Below, piece after piece: positions 1-12,495 of a stretch of 64,000 nt of DNA. Below the pieces are notes generated by a model. The model ran no database searches and had not been told where the DNA came from. It saw nothing but the letters and a program-made list of their open reading frames with translations. This DNA comes from Bilabrum cf. latius (lineage: Eukaryota): NCBI GenBank assembly GCA_965178125.1, contig OZ237767.1:1-64000 (forward strand), written 5' to 3'. The translations under genes and the position numbers were made by a program. Each line of letters opens with the position of its first letter. Within the stretch, counting starts at the first letter, position 1.

Positions 1-976
1 ACCCTAACCCTAACCCTAACCCTAACCCCTAACCCTAACCCTAACCCCTAACCCTAACCCTAACCCTAACCTAACCCTAACCCTAACCCTAACCCTAACC
101 CTAACCCTAACCCTAACCCTAACCCTAACCCTAACCCTAACCCTAACCCTAACCCTAACCCTAACCCTAACCCTAACCCTAACCCTAACCCTAACCCTAA
201 CCCTAACCCTAACCCTAACCCTAACCCTAACCCTAACCCTAACCCTAACCCTAACCCTAACCCTAACCCTAACCCTAACCCTAACCCTAACCCTAACCCT
301 AACCCTAACCCTAACCCTAACCCTAACCCTAACCCTAACCCTAACCCTAACCCTAACCCTAACCCTAACCCTAACCCTAACCCTAACCCTAACCCTAACC
401 CTAACCCTAACCCTAACCCTAACCCTAACCCTAACCCTAACCCTAACCCTAACCCTAACCCTAACCCTAACCCTAACCCTAACCCTAACCCTAACCCTAA
501 CCCTAACCCTAACCCTAACCCTAACCCTAACCCTAACCCTAACCCTAACCCTAACCCTAACCCTAACCCTAACCCTAACCCTAACCCTAACCCTAACCCT
601 AACCCTAACCCTAACCCTAACCCTAACCCTAACCCTAACCCTAACCCTAACCCTAACCCTAACCCTAACCCTAACCCTAACCCTAACCCTAACCCTAACC
701 CTAACCCTAACCCTAACCCTAACCCTAACCCTAACCCTAACCCTAACCCTAACCCTAACCCTAACCCTAACCCTAACCCTAACCCTAACCCTAACCCTAA
801 CCCTAACCCTAACCCTAACCCTAACCCTAACCCTAACCCTAACCCTAACCCTAACCCTAACCCTAACCCTAACCCTAACCCTAACCCTAACCCTAACCCT
901 AACCCTAACCCTAACCCTAACCCCTAACCCTAACCCTAACCCTAACCCTAACCCTAACCCTAACCCTAACCCTAAC
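1..976. repeat. Terminal telomere (CCCTAA)n = TTAGGG on minus strand
   Basis: ~160 near-perfect CCCTAA units from base 1, C-rich strand 5', with a few 1-nt variants. Confidence 0.99.
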
Positions 977-1945
977 CGGCGCCGCCGAGGGGCTAACAGG
1001 GCACATGAGCAATGCATTCCACGTTGTTGGCCACAGGGAACAACCAAATACACGCATGCACAGTCCAATCGATCCACATACAACCCAAACAGGCCCGCTC
1101 ACACAGCCCCTGAGTAGCCGCCCTCACGCCCATGTGCCAACCCTATACCTCCGCGTATCTCGCTTAATATTGAGAAATCGACCCTAGACAAAATTTTTAC
1201 GGATATCTACGCATCGAGACGCGTCGGGTGGGGCCTGACAATATCGACTCCGGATCGACCCCTTGGGGAAACCGCTCGCACAAGCCATTTCAAGCCGCCT
1301 GCGGAACCGGCGCCGCCGAGGGGCTAACAGGGCACATGAGCAATGCATTCCACGTTGTTGGCCACAGGGAACAACCACATACACACATGCACAGTCCAAT
1401 CGATCCACATACAACCCAAACAGGCCCGCTCACACAGCCCCTGAGTAGCCGCCCTCACGCCCATGTGCCAACCCTATACCTCCGCGTATCTCGCTTAATA
1501 TTGAGAAATCGACCCTAGACAAAATTTTTACGGATATCTACGCATCGAGACGCGTCGGGTGGGGCCTGACAATATCGACTCCGGATCGACCCCTTGGGGA
1601 AACCGCTCGCACAAGCCATTTCAAGCCGCCTGCGGAACCGGCGCCGCCGAGGGGCTAACAGGGCACATGAGCAATGCATTCCACGTTGTTGGCCACAGGG
1701 AACAACCACATACACGCATGCACAGTCCAATCGATCCACATACAACCCAAACAGGCACCTGAAATTTGACGGTCGGATGGTGACCCTTGACCGCCTCATA
1801 TCTCACTTAATATTGAGAAATCGACCCTAGACAAAATTATTACGGATATCTACACATCAAGGGCTATCTAAATATATATAATGTGCGGCGGTTTATTTTT
1901 TGGTCAAAAAAAGGGCGTGCCCCGATCCTAACATGACCCCCAGAT
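973..1945. repeat. Subtelomeric 331-bp satellite module 1 (truncated unit + 1 full unit + variant terminal unit + ~128-bp end piece)
   Basis: Marker AAATCGACCCTAGAC at 1175, 1506 (331 spacing) and 1818; ends ...CCCCCAGAT directly into telomeric repeats. Confidence 0.97.
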
Positions 1946-2020
1946 ACCCTAACCCTAACCCTAACCCTAACCCTAACCCTAACCCTAACCCTAACCCTAA
2001 CCCCTAAACCCCCTAAAAAA
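1946..2020. repeat. Interstitial telomeric tract 1
   Basis: ~9 CCCTAA units degenerating to CCCCTAAACCCCCTAAAAAA. Confidence 0.95.
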
Positions 2021-3962
2021 GCGCACTTGCCGAGCACCGGGTCCTCATTCCAAGCGGACCGCGGGCATTGGCTGGCCTTCGACAGCTGCTTGAGCGCCTC
2101 AGCGATCAGGAACGATGGCGAGCTGATTGGAACGGCCTGCAAGTCCGCGCGGGCGTCGTGCTCCTCCTCCTCGGACAGGAAGCTGCGAACTGCCACTGCA
2201 TGGGCCGCACTGCTTCCACCAGAAAGCGGGTCCGCGGCGCCGAGGCTGAGGGACATCAGCACATGGTGGGCCCGCGAGACGTTCTGAAGCTTCTCCTTCT
2301 TGCGCACGCTGTGCACGGCCAAGCGAAGCAGGAAGAGTCCCGCGACGGCCTCCAGAGCGCGACCGAATGCGTACAGGATCCCCTGCGACACGACGTCGGC
2401 CTCCATGCCGTTAGGCTTCCAGCCGTCGCTGCAGCTGGACAGCCACCGCCCCTCGTCGAGCTCCTTGCCGGCGCCCACGGATGGCTGCGAGTAGTCCCGA
2501 CCGAACATCACGTGACTACCGGCACCGCGCGGCACCATGGCGGTCACGATGGCATCTCCGAGCCTCAGCACCGGCAGACTGATGTCAACCTGCTCCAGGG
2601 GCCTCTTCTGCAGCTTGGGAAGGTCCTCATCGCCCTCGATAGCCTGCAGCACGCTCGATGAGGGGGGTAGCAGGCCGCGGAGGCGAGCCAGGTAGTTCTC
2701 ATGGTCCTCGCCTTCCGCTTTCTCCAAGGTATCCATGTCGCTGCACCAGAACATTTGGTCTCCGCTGGGGCCAACCCACACGCCCTCCAGGCCGGGGCGC
2801 GTGTCCTCGAAGTGGTATTCGAAGTCCGCCTCGTCTCGGCCGTCCTTTGGCACGGGGGAGTTCAGCAGCGTGGCCACGCTGAAGCGCTTCGCGATGCCTT
2901 TCCCATCGCAGTGGATCCTCTGCTTCTCCACTTGCTCCCTCGGGCTGAGGATCTGCAGATACTTCCGGTCCATCCTGCACCCAACGGTTCCCATTGCCGC
3001 ACCCGCCCCGCCCGCGGCCCCGCCCGCCGGTACCACCACGGCATCTCGCACTCCAACGGCGACGTCAGCTACTTGGAAGCGGACGGCCTCACGAGGCTCG
3101 TGCATGGTGAGCCGATCCAGCTGCCGCCCCAGGATGGCTTGCAGCGAGTGGTCACGGCCTCCCGGCCCGCCGCACGGCAGCATGGCCAGGGCAGACACCG
3201 TCAGGTGCGCATCCAGCATGAAGCCCCTGGTGCTCTCCAGCCCTCCTGTTGCGTCTGCGGACGCATCGTAGCCGTCCTGGGGCCTCTCGTGCTGGGGCTT
3301 GTCGTCCACCAGTGGCTGAATCCTCTCGAGCGGGTCAGGTCCTCCCTCTACCGCGAGTGCGGGGCCGTACGATGGGACGAAGCGTCGCAGCTGCCGTACC
3401 AGCGTCTGCTCGATGGCACTGGCACCTTCTACCCGAGACACGGACAGAAGCCCAAGAAGCCCAGGCCCCACTTGCGCCCGGCTTGCCGCTACTTCGGCCG
3501 CATCTCCCGACACGATGCGGTCAGCCTCTCGCAGCGCGACCTCCAGGTGCTCCAGGTGGCGAAGGTGCTCTGCTTCAGTCAGCACCGTGCTGACCCCTAC
3601 GGGTGGAATGGCATCAGCACCATGCTTCTCCAAGCAAGTCTCTGCCAGGTCACGGCTTGCAGGGTCTTGAATCTGCGCGCATTCGAAGGCACGTAGGGAA
3701 GAAAGAGTGCGTGCTGTGGCGGCTGAGCTCCCGGGGTATCGGCACCAGCTGCCCTGTTCATGCTCACCCGGTTCAGAATGGCAGGCATGCCCGCTGGCTG
3801 AAGGGCACCAAGGTCGGTCGGCTAGCTGTGCACTGCCTCCTGCATGGCCTGCCATGCCTGCAGGAGCTGGCCAGTCTCCTCGGCATACAGCTGGAGGTTC
3901 CAGTCCGCAGGGTCGATCGGAGCCTCGCCATTGGCACCTGCTCCAGGTGCCGGGTCATTCAT
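2021..3962 (-). pseudogene. Spliced gene of unknown function, 3'-truncated by telomeric tract
   Basis: Exon 3962-3768 (MNDPAPG...ILNR, one in-frame TAG at 3822), GTGAGC...GCGCAG phase-0 intron 3673-3767, then ~550 open codons running into TTAGGG repeats without a stop; further 5' exons possible. Confidence 0.6.
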
Positions 3963-5328
3963 CCTGCGGTCGCAAGGAGTAGCATTGGTAGGAGAAAGCT
4001 AGAGTCCACAGCGGGAGACAAACAGAACGCAGCGCTCCATACATGCGGATGGTGCGGTGGGCGGCAGTGGGGGGCAGTGGGGGAGCTTGGCGGGACGGGT
4101 CGAGAACGCTCCCGCGGCACTAGCAACGTAGCAGACATGCGACAATACATGCAGCAGACACTAACACCACCCTGCAGTGCACCCTGCAGCACACTGCAGG
4201 ATAGGAGCCTGGGAAGGCCCCGCAGCGCGGGGCCCACCCGGCGAGCACCTCCACACCGGTGCAGCAAGCCAGACACACATCGTCAGGGAACAAGGGGCGG
4301 CTGCCTTTGCCTCCAAGGGCCACAAGAACACATTGCATGGTCGGGCACCCGCCCCCGTCGCCTCCCGGGGCCGCGCGCACCCCCGTCTGGAGGGCTGGTG
4401 CCGACCGGCCGGAATTTGGGTGCACGAGGCCTGGTCCAGGGCCGGAGAACCATGGCACAGGGGTAATAGTACTCCAATGAGCATCAGTTAGGCATGACAT
4501 CCAACAGGGGCACGGCGCACGGTGCACTCATCACACCCCTCCCCCGCAAAACGGCTCCGGACGGCCACGCAGCCGGCCCGCTGTCGGACGCGAGACGCTC
4601 ATTTTTCAAACCCACAAAAAAGAACTCACGTGAGAATTATAGCGAACAGTTGTATTCAATGATGTCTAAAATAGACTTTGGGAGCCTGCGATTGAAAATT
4701 GTCCGCGGTAACATGGCGAAAATTGGCCCAACGTGCTGGGTGCGCCGGACAGCTGGAATGGATTCGCCCTGTGCGCGCACTATCCTGCGCGCAAACTGCC
4801 ATGCAGCCGCGCGTCTATAGTTGCATTGTTGTCTCACGTTTTGATTGCAACGCGCGCCGCGGCGATTTTCTTTTCCTGCGGGGCGCAATTTGGTGATTTG
4901 TCTGGGAGCGAGGTGCGTCTGCTGACATGACCTTATGATCGTTGCAATGCGCGAGCTTTGTGACTTCCGACCTTGCCAGATGTATGCAATATTACTATTT
5001 AAGTACACACGAATGCCTGGTTGTCTCACTGTGGCCTTTGTCCGAGCTGAAATGAGGGCATCCCTCCCAACTGCAATTGGTGGTGGCTGGAAAGTGCACG
5101 CTACTGCAAATCTGGTTTGCTTGTGCGACAACGATCGGTTGCAACTTGAGATGCCCGGTTGCAACCTATGTTGCATCGAATAGTGGCATGTTTCCTGATT
5201 GGAATGGACCCCTTGGTGCCATATCGAATGGTTGGTCCAGTGCTGTGTCTGCGCACGGCAGCTGCATGCGGTGCCGCCCTCCCACCGCAGCCACAACCTA
5301 TCTTGCTCGATCTAACATTGCGCAGGCC

Positions 5329-6948
5329 ATGCAGCCCAAGCACAACGAGATCTCCCAGACCATTGTGGACATCATCTTCAAGAAGCCGAGGGCAAACGCT
5401 GCCAAGACCCTGGTGGTCACACTGCACGGCTTCTTGAAGGGGACGGGCTGCGTGCTTGCGCCTGCAGAAGACGTGCGTGGCCGTGTTCAGGAGCACGTTC
5501 AGGCCGTGCTGGAGGACATGGAGGTCGACGTGAAGACCAAGGACAAACCGACAACTGATGCTGTCACCGACGCTTTCGCCAGCCGCGGAGGAGTGGAGGA
5601 CGGCGTCGCCAACTTCTTGTAGGCAGTCGCGGAGGCATGCGAAGATGACTGGAAGTTGACCAGAATTCGATGGCTGGCAAATGGGCGGACGGCACTGGCA
5701 TAGCGGAAGGTGCATGACATCTCCGGGTGGATCGTGAAAATGGCAAGGCGTCAAGGCAGCCGTTCCGAGGACAACGCCATGCTGGCAATCTTGCAGGAAG
5801 TCTTTGGGTCAGAGGATATGCAGACCTCCTGGTTCAACACCGAGGCCGACATGATGCCTGGAATCGTGGCTGTACCCCTACCAGGACCAGTTGGACGTCA
5901 CAAGGCCTACAGCGGCTCGGAAGTGGCCAAGGGCTCGGCTGGCCCGGCTCGAGGACGCTCAGCGGGACGATCATCGAGCAAGCAGCGGCGTGGTTCGCGC
6001 TCTAAGGCTAGCCGAGCGCACCACCTTGCTCTGCTCAGGCACGTTGCAGAGGAGAAGGACGAGGACGCATCCGACGTCGGCACCGATGATGACGGTGACT
6101 CAGGTGGGATAGCAGCAGCAGCCAAGTCCAACCGCTCTGCAGCTCGTCACAAGGGGAAGGCTCCTCGACGCACGGGCGCTGCATCGGGTGCAGGCAGGGG
6201 CACGGGAAGTGCCTCATCCTACGACCAGCAGGATGGAAGTGGGAGCGACAGTGAGGATGAGCACGATGGTGAGGCGGCTCCCAGTGACAACGACTCCGGG
6301 AACGACGAGGAGGGATCTGATTTCGACGAAGAGAAGGCAGAGGAGGAGGCGGAGATGCATGCATCAGGTATGCAGAGCCGCAAAGGGCGCTCGAATGGTC
6401 GCCTAAGAGCTCGTCGCGGGAAATCCCAGGCCCCAGCCCCGGCCCCAGCACCACCAGCACTACAAGCTGCGGCAGGAGCTGCAGGTCCAGCACCAGCACC
6501 ACCAGCACCTCAAGCTGCTGCAGGAGCCGCAGGTCCAGCACCAGCACCGCCAGCACCTCAAGCTGCTGCAGGAGCCGCAGGTCCAGCACCAGCACCGCCA
6601 GCACCTCAAGCTGCTGCAGGAGCTGCAGGTCAAGCACCAGTCCCGCCAGCACCTCAAGCTGATGCAGGAGCTGCAGGTCAAGCACCAGTCCCGCCAGCAC
6701 CTCAAGCTGCGGCCGTAGGTGCAGCCCCGATCACCGTGTCGGAGGTCCAAAAGTACAAGGACAACTCCAAGAGGATCGGGAAGCAGAAGCGCAAAGCTGG
6801 AAACCAGGTCCGGCTGTGCGATGTCCGTGAAGGCGAGAATGCAGACTGGCTACTGGAACGCTTGGAGCAGCGCATGGCCTACATCTCAGGAGTCCTGGAT
6901 GCCCGCCAAGCGGCCGCAGCAGCAGAAGCCGAAGAGGGGGAGCATTGA
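5329..6948 (+). CDS. Unknown ~539-aa protein with acidic tract, Pro/Ala repeats and basic C-terminus (TAG read as sense)
   Basis: ORFs 5077-5622 and 5710-6948 are in one frame, separated only by TAG at 5620 and 5701; ends TGA. Confidence 0.7.
6439..6726 (+). repeat. Coding 48-bp tandem repeat x6 (PAPAPPAPQAAAGAAG)
   Basis: Repeat visible in DNA and translation. Confidence 0.9.
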
Positions 6949-7016
6949 AATGCACAAATTCAAGACTATCCTCATTGTCACGCAAACCATGCATATCACT
7001 AGCGCACTCCACACAG

Positions 7017-9149
7017 CCAACCCTATACCTCCGCGTATCTCGCTTAATATTGAGAAATCGACCCTAGACAAAATTTTTACGGATATCTACGCATCGAGAC
7101 GCGTCGGATGGGGCCTGACAATATCGACTCCGGATCGACCCCTTGGGGAAACCGCTCGCACAAGCCATTTCAAGCCGCCTGCGGAACCGGCGCCGCCGAG
7201 GGGCTGACAGGGCACACGAGCGGTGCATTCCACGTTGTTGGCCACAGAGAACAACCACATACACGCATGCACAGTCCAATCGATCCACATACAACCCAAA
7301 CAGGCCCGCTCACACAGCCCCTGAGTAGCCGCCCTCACGCCCATGTGCCAACCCTATACCTCCGCGTATCTCGCTAAATATTGAAAAATCGACCCTAGAC
7401 AAAATTATTACGGATATCTACGCATCGAGACGCGTCGGATGGGGCCTGACAATATCGACTCCGGATCGACCCCTTGGGGAAACCGCTCGCACAAGCCATT
7501 TCAAGCCGCCTGCGGAACCGGCGCCGCCGAGGGGCTGACAGGGCACACGAGCGGTGCATTCCACGTTGTTGGCCACAGGAAACAACCACATACACGCATG
7601 CACAGTCCAATCGATCCACATACAACCCAAACAGGCCCACTCACACAGCCCCTGAGTAGCCGCCCTCACGCCCATGTGCCAACCCTATACCTCCGCGTAT
7701 CTCGCTTAATATTGAGAAATCGACCCTAGACAAAATTTTTACGGATATCTACGCATCGAGACGCGTCGGATGGGGCCTGACAATATCGACTCCGGATCGA
7801 CCCCTTGGGGAAACCGCTCGCACAAGCCATTTCAAGCCGCCTGCGGAACCGGCGCCGCCGAGGGGCTGACAGGGCACACGAGCGGTGCATTCCACGTTGT
7901 TGGCCACAGGAAACAACCACATACACGCATGCACAGTCCAATCGATCCACATACAACCCAAACAGGCCCACTCACACAGCCCCTGAGTAGCCGCCCTCAC
8001 GCCCATGTGCCAACCCTATACCTCCGCGTATCTCGCTTAATATTGAGAAATCGACCCTAGACAAAATTATTACGGATATCTACGCATCGAGACGCGTCGG
8101 ATGGGGCCTGACAATATCGACTCCGGATCGACCCCTTGGGGAAACCGCTCGCACAAGCCATTTCAAGCCGCCTGCGGAACCGGCGCCGCCGAGGGGCTGA
8201 CAGGGCACACGAGCGGTGCATTCCACGTTGTTGGCCACAGGAAACAACCACATACACGCATGCACAGTCCAATCGATCCACATACAACCCAAACAGGCCC
8301 ACTCACACAGCCCCTGAGTAGCCGCCCTCACGCCCATGTGCCAACCCTATACCTCCGCGTATCTCGCTTAATATTGAGAAATCGACCCTAGACAAAATTT
8401 TTACGGATATCTACGCATCGAGACGCGTCGGATGGGGCCTGACAATATCGACTCCGGATCGACCCCTTGGGGAAACCGCTCGCACAAGCCATTTCAAGCC
8501 GCCTGCGGAACCGGCGCCGCCGAGGGGCTGACAGGGCACACGAGCGGTGCATTCCACGTTGTTGGCCACAGGAAACAACCACATACATACATGCATGGTC
8601 CAATCGATCCACATACAACCCAAACAGGCCCACTCACACAGCCCCTGAGTAGCCGCCCTCACGCCCATGTGCCAACCCTATACCTCCGCGTATCTCGCTT
8701 AATATTGAAAAATCGACCCTAGACAAAAATTTTACGGATATCTACGCATCGAGACGCGTCGGATGGGGCCTGACAATATCGACTCCGGATCGACCCCTTG
8801 GGGAAACTGCTCGCACAAGCCATTTCAAGCCGCCTGCGGAACCGGCGCCGCCGAGGGGCTGATAGGGCACACGAGCGGTGCATTCCACGTTGTTGGCCAC
8901 AGGGAACAACCACATACACGCATGCACAGTCCAATCGATCCACATACAACCCAAATAGGCACCTGAAATTTGACGGTCGGATGGTGACCCTTGACCGCCT
9001 CATATCTCACTTAATATTGAGAAATCGACCCTAGACAAAATTTTTAAGGATATCTACACATCAAGGGCTATCTAAATATATATAATGTGCGGCGGTTTAT
9101 TTTTTGGTCAATAAAAGGGCGTGCCCCGATCCTAACATGACCCCCAGAT
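7017..9149. repeat. 331-bp satellite module 2 (5 full units + terminal unit + end piece)
   Basis: Unit starts 7055, 7386, 7717, 8048, 8379, 8710; end piece from 9022. Confidence 0.97.
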
Positions 9150-9312
9150 ACCCTAACCCTAACCCTAACCCTAACCCTAACCCTAACCCTAACCCTAACC
9201 CTAACCCTAACCCTAACCCTAACCCTAACCCTAACCCTAACCCTAACCCTAACCCTAACCCTAACCCTAACCCTAACCCTAACCCTAACCCTAACCCTAA
9301 CCCTAACCCTAA
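9150..9312. repeat. Interstitial telomeric tract 2
   Basis: ~27 perfect CCCTAA units. Confidence 0.97.
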
Positions 9313-10412
9313 ATCGACCCTAGACAAAATTTTTACGGATATCTACGCATCGAGACGCGTCGGATGGGGCCTGACAATATCGACTCCGGATCGACCCCTT
9401 GGGGAAACCGCTCGCACAAGCCATTTCAAGCCGCCTGCGGAACCGGCGCCGCCGAGGGGCTGACAGGGCACACGAGCGGTGCATTCCACGTTGATGGCCA
9501 CAGGGAACAACCACATACACGCATGCACAGTCCAATCGATCCACATACAACCCAAACAGGCCCACTCACACAGCCCCTGAGTAGCCGCCCTCACGCCCAT
9601 GTGCCAACCCTATACCTCCGCGTATCTCGCTTAATATTGAAAAATCGACCCTAGACAAAATTTTTACGGATATCTACGCATCGAGACGCGTCGGATGGGG
9701 CCTGACAATATCGACTCCGGATCGACCCCTTGGGGAAACCGCTCGCACAAGCCATTTCAAGCCGCCTGCGGAACCGGCGCCGCCGAGGGGCTGATAGGGC
9801 ACACGAGCGGTGCATTCCACGTTGTTGGCCACAGGGAACAACCACATACACGCATGCACAGTCCAATCGATCCACATACAACCCAAACAGGCCCACTCAC
9901 ACAGCCCCTGAGTAGCCGCCCTCACGCCCATGTGCCAACCCTATACCTCCACGTATCTCGCTTAATATTGAAAAATCGACCCTAGACAAAATTTTTACGG
10001 ATATCTACGCATCGAGACGCGTCGGATGGGGCCTGACAATATCGACTCCGGATCGACCCCTTGGGGAAACCGCTCGCACAAGCCATTTCAAGCCGCCTGC
10101 GGAACCGGCGCCGCCGAGGGGCTGATAGGGCACACGAGCGGTGCATTCCACGTTGTTGGCCACAGGGAACAACCACATACACGCATGCACAGTCCAATCG
10201 ATCCACATACAACCCAAACAGGCACCTGAAATTTGACGGTCGGATGGTGACCCTTGACCGCCTCATATCTCACTTAATATTGAGAAATCGACCCTAGACT
10301 AAATTTTTACGGATATCTACACATCAAGGGCTATCTAAATATATATAATGTGCGGCGTTTTATTTTTTGGTCAAAAAAAGGGCGTGCCCCGATCCTAACA
10401 TGACCCCCAGAT
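9311..10412. repeat. 331-bp satellite module 3 (2 full units + terminal unit + end piece)
   Basis: Unit starts 9311, 9642, 9973; end piece from 10285. Confidence 0.97.
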
Positions 10413-10575
10413 ACCCTAACCCTAACCCTAACCCTAACCCTAACCCTAACCCTAACCCTAACCCTAACCCTAACCCTAACCCTAACCCTAACCCAAACCC
10501 TAACCCTAACCCTAACCCTAACCCTAACCCTAACCCTAACCCTAACCCTAACCCTAACCCTAACCCTAACCCTAA
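10413..10575. repeat. Interstitial telomeric tract 3
   Basis: ~27 CCCTAA units, one CCCAAA variant. Confidence 0.97.
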
Positions 10576-12006
10576 ATCGACCCTAGACAAAATTTTTACG
10601 GATATCTACGCATCGAGACGCGTCGGATGGGGCCTGACAATATCGACTCCGGATCGACCCCTTGGGGAAACCGCTCGCACAAGCCATTTCAAGCCGCCTG
10701 CGGAACCGGCGCCGCCGAGGGGCTGACAGGGCACACGAGCGGTGCATTCCACGTTGTTGGCCACAGGGAACAACCACATACACGCATGCACAGTCCAATC
10801 GATCCACATACAACCCAAACAGGCCCACTCACACAGCCCCTGAGTAGCCGCCCTCACGCCCATGTGCCAACCCTATACCTCCGCGTATCTCGCTTAATAT
10901 TGAGAAATCGACCCTAGACAAAATTTTTACGGATATCTACGCATCGAGACGCGTCGGATGGGGCCTGACAATATCGACTCCGGATCGACCCCTTGGGGAA
11001 ACCGCTCGCACAAGCCATTTCAAGCCGCCTGCGGAACCGGCGCCGCCGAGGGGCTGACAGGGCACACGAGCGGTGCATTCCACGTTGATGGCCACAGGGA
11101 ACAACCACATACACGCATGCACAGTCCAATCGATCCACATACAACCCAAACAGGCCCACTCACACAGCCCCTGAGTAGCCGCCCTCACGCCCATGTGCCA
11201 ACCCTATACCTCCGCGTATCTCGCTTAATATTGAAAAATCGACCCTAGACAAAATTTTTACGGATATCTACGCATCGAGACGCGTCGGATGGGGCCTGAC
11301 AATATCGACTCCGGATCGACCCCTTGGGGAAACCGCTCGCACAAGCCATTTCAAGCCGCCTGCGGAACCGGCGCCGCCGAGGGGCTGATAGGGCACACGA
11401 GCGGTGCATTCCACGTTGTTGGCCACAGGGAACAACCACATACACGCATGCACAGTCCAATCGATCCACATACAACCCAAACAGGCCCACTCACACAGCC
11501 CCTGAGTAGCCGCCCTCACGCCCATGTGCCAACCCTATACCTCCACGTATCTCGCTTAATATTGAAAAATCGACCCTAGACAAAATTTTTACGGATATCT
11601 ACGCATCGAGACGCGTCGGATGGGGCCTGACAATATCGACTCCGGATCGACCCCTTGGGGAAACCGCTCGCACAAGCCATTTCAAGCCGCCTGCGGAACC
11701 GGCGCCGCCGAGGGGCTGATAGGGCACACGAGCGGTGCATTCCACGTTGTTGGCCACAGGGAACAACCACATACACGCATGCACAGTCCAATCGATCCAC
11801 ATACAACCCAAACAGGCACCTGAAATTTGACGGTCGGATGGTGACCCTTGACCGCCTCATATCTCACTTAATATTGAGAAATCGACCCTAGACTAAATTT
11901 TTACGGATATCTACACATCAAGGGCTATCTAAATATATATAATGTGCGGCGTTTCATTTTTTGGTCAAAAAAAGGGCGTGCCCCGATCCTAACATGACCC
12001 CCAGAT
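10574..12006. repeat. 331-bp satellite module 4 (3 full units + terminal unit + end piece)
   Basis: Unit starts 10574, 10905, 11236, 11567; end piece from 11879. Confidence 0.97.
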
Positions 12007-12495
12007 ACCCTAACCCTAACCCTAACCCTAACCCTAACCCTAACCCTAACCCTAACCCTAACCCTAACCCTAACCCTAACCCTAACCCTAACCCTAACCC
12101 TAACCCTAACCCTAACCCTAACCCTAACCCTAACCCTAACCCTAACCCTAACCCTAACCCTAACCCTAACCCTAACCCTAACCCTAACCCTAACCCTAAC
12201 CCTAACCCTAACCCTAACCCTAACCCTAACCCTAACCCTAACCCTAACCCTAACCCTAACCCTAACCCTAACCCTAACCCTAACCCTAACCCTAACCCTA
12301 ACCCTAACCCTAACCCTAACCCTAACCCTAACCCTAACCCTAACCCTAACCCTAACCCTAACCCTAACCCTAACCCTAACCCTAACCCTAACCCTAACCC
12401 TAACCCTAACCCTAACCCTAACCCTAAACCCAACCCCAACCCTAACCCTAACCCTAACCCCCCCCCCTAAACCCTAACCTAAAAACCCCTAAAAA
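12007..12495. repeat. Interstitial telomeric tract 4 (long, degenerate proximal end)
   Basis: ~70 perfect units, then variants ending CCCCTAAAAA. Confidence 0.97.

Noticed and set aside
22-1083. Long (VR)n/(GL)n/(NP)n ORFs, also at 9097-9463, 10360-10726 and 11954-12470
   Set aside because: Stop-free frames of the TTAGGG repeat, not genes
7112-7153. Possible hammerhead ribozyme in the satellite (CTGACAA...CCCCTTGGGGAAAC)
   Set aside because: The core CUGANGA is not matched on either strand and stems I/III are not evident
973-12006. Repeated 60-96 aa ORFs in the 331-bp units; CRISPR-like or 5S/SL RNA array
   Set aside because: There are no unique spacers, the ORFs simply recur with the repeat, and I could not recognise 5S, tRNA or snRNA motifs (an Rfam scan would settle this)
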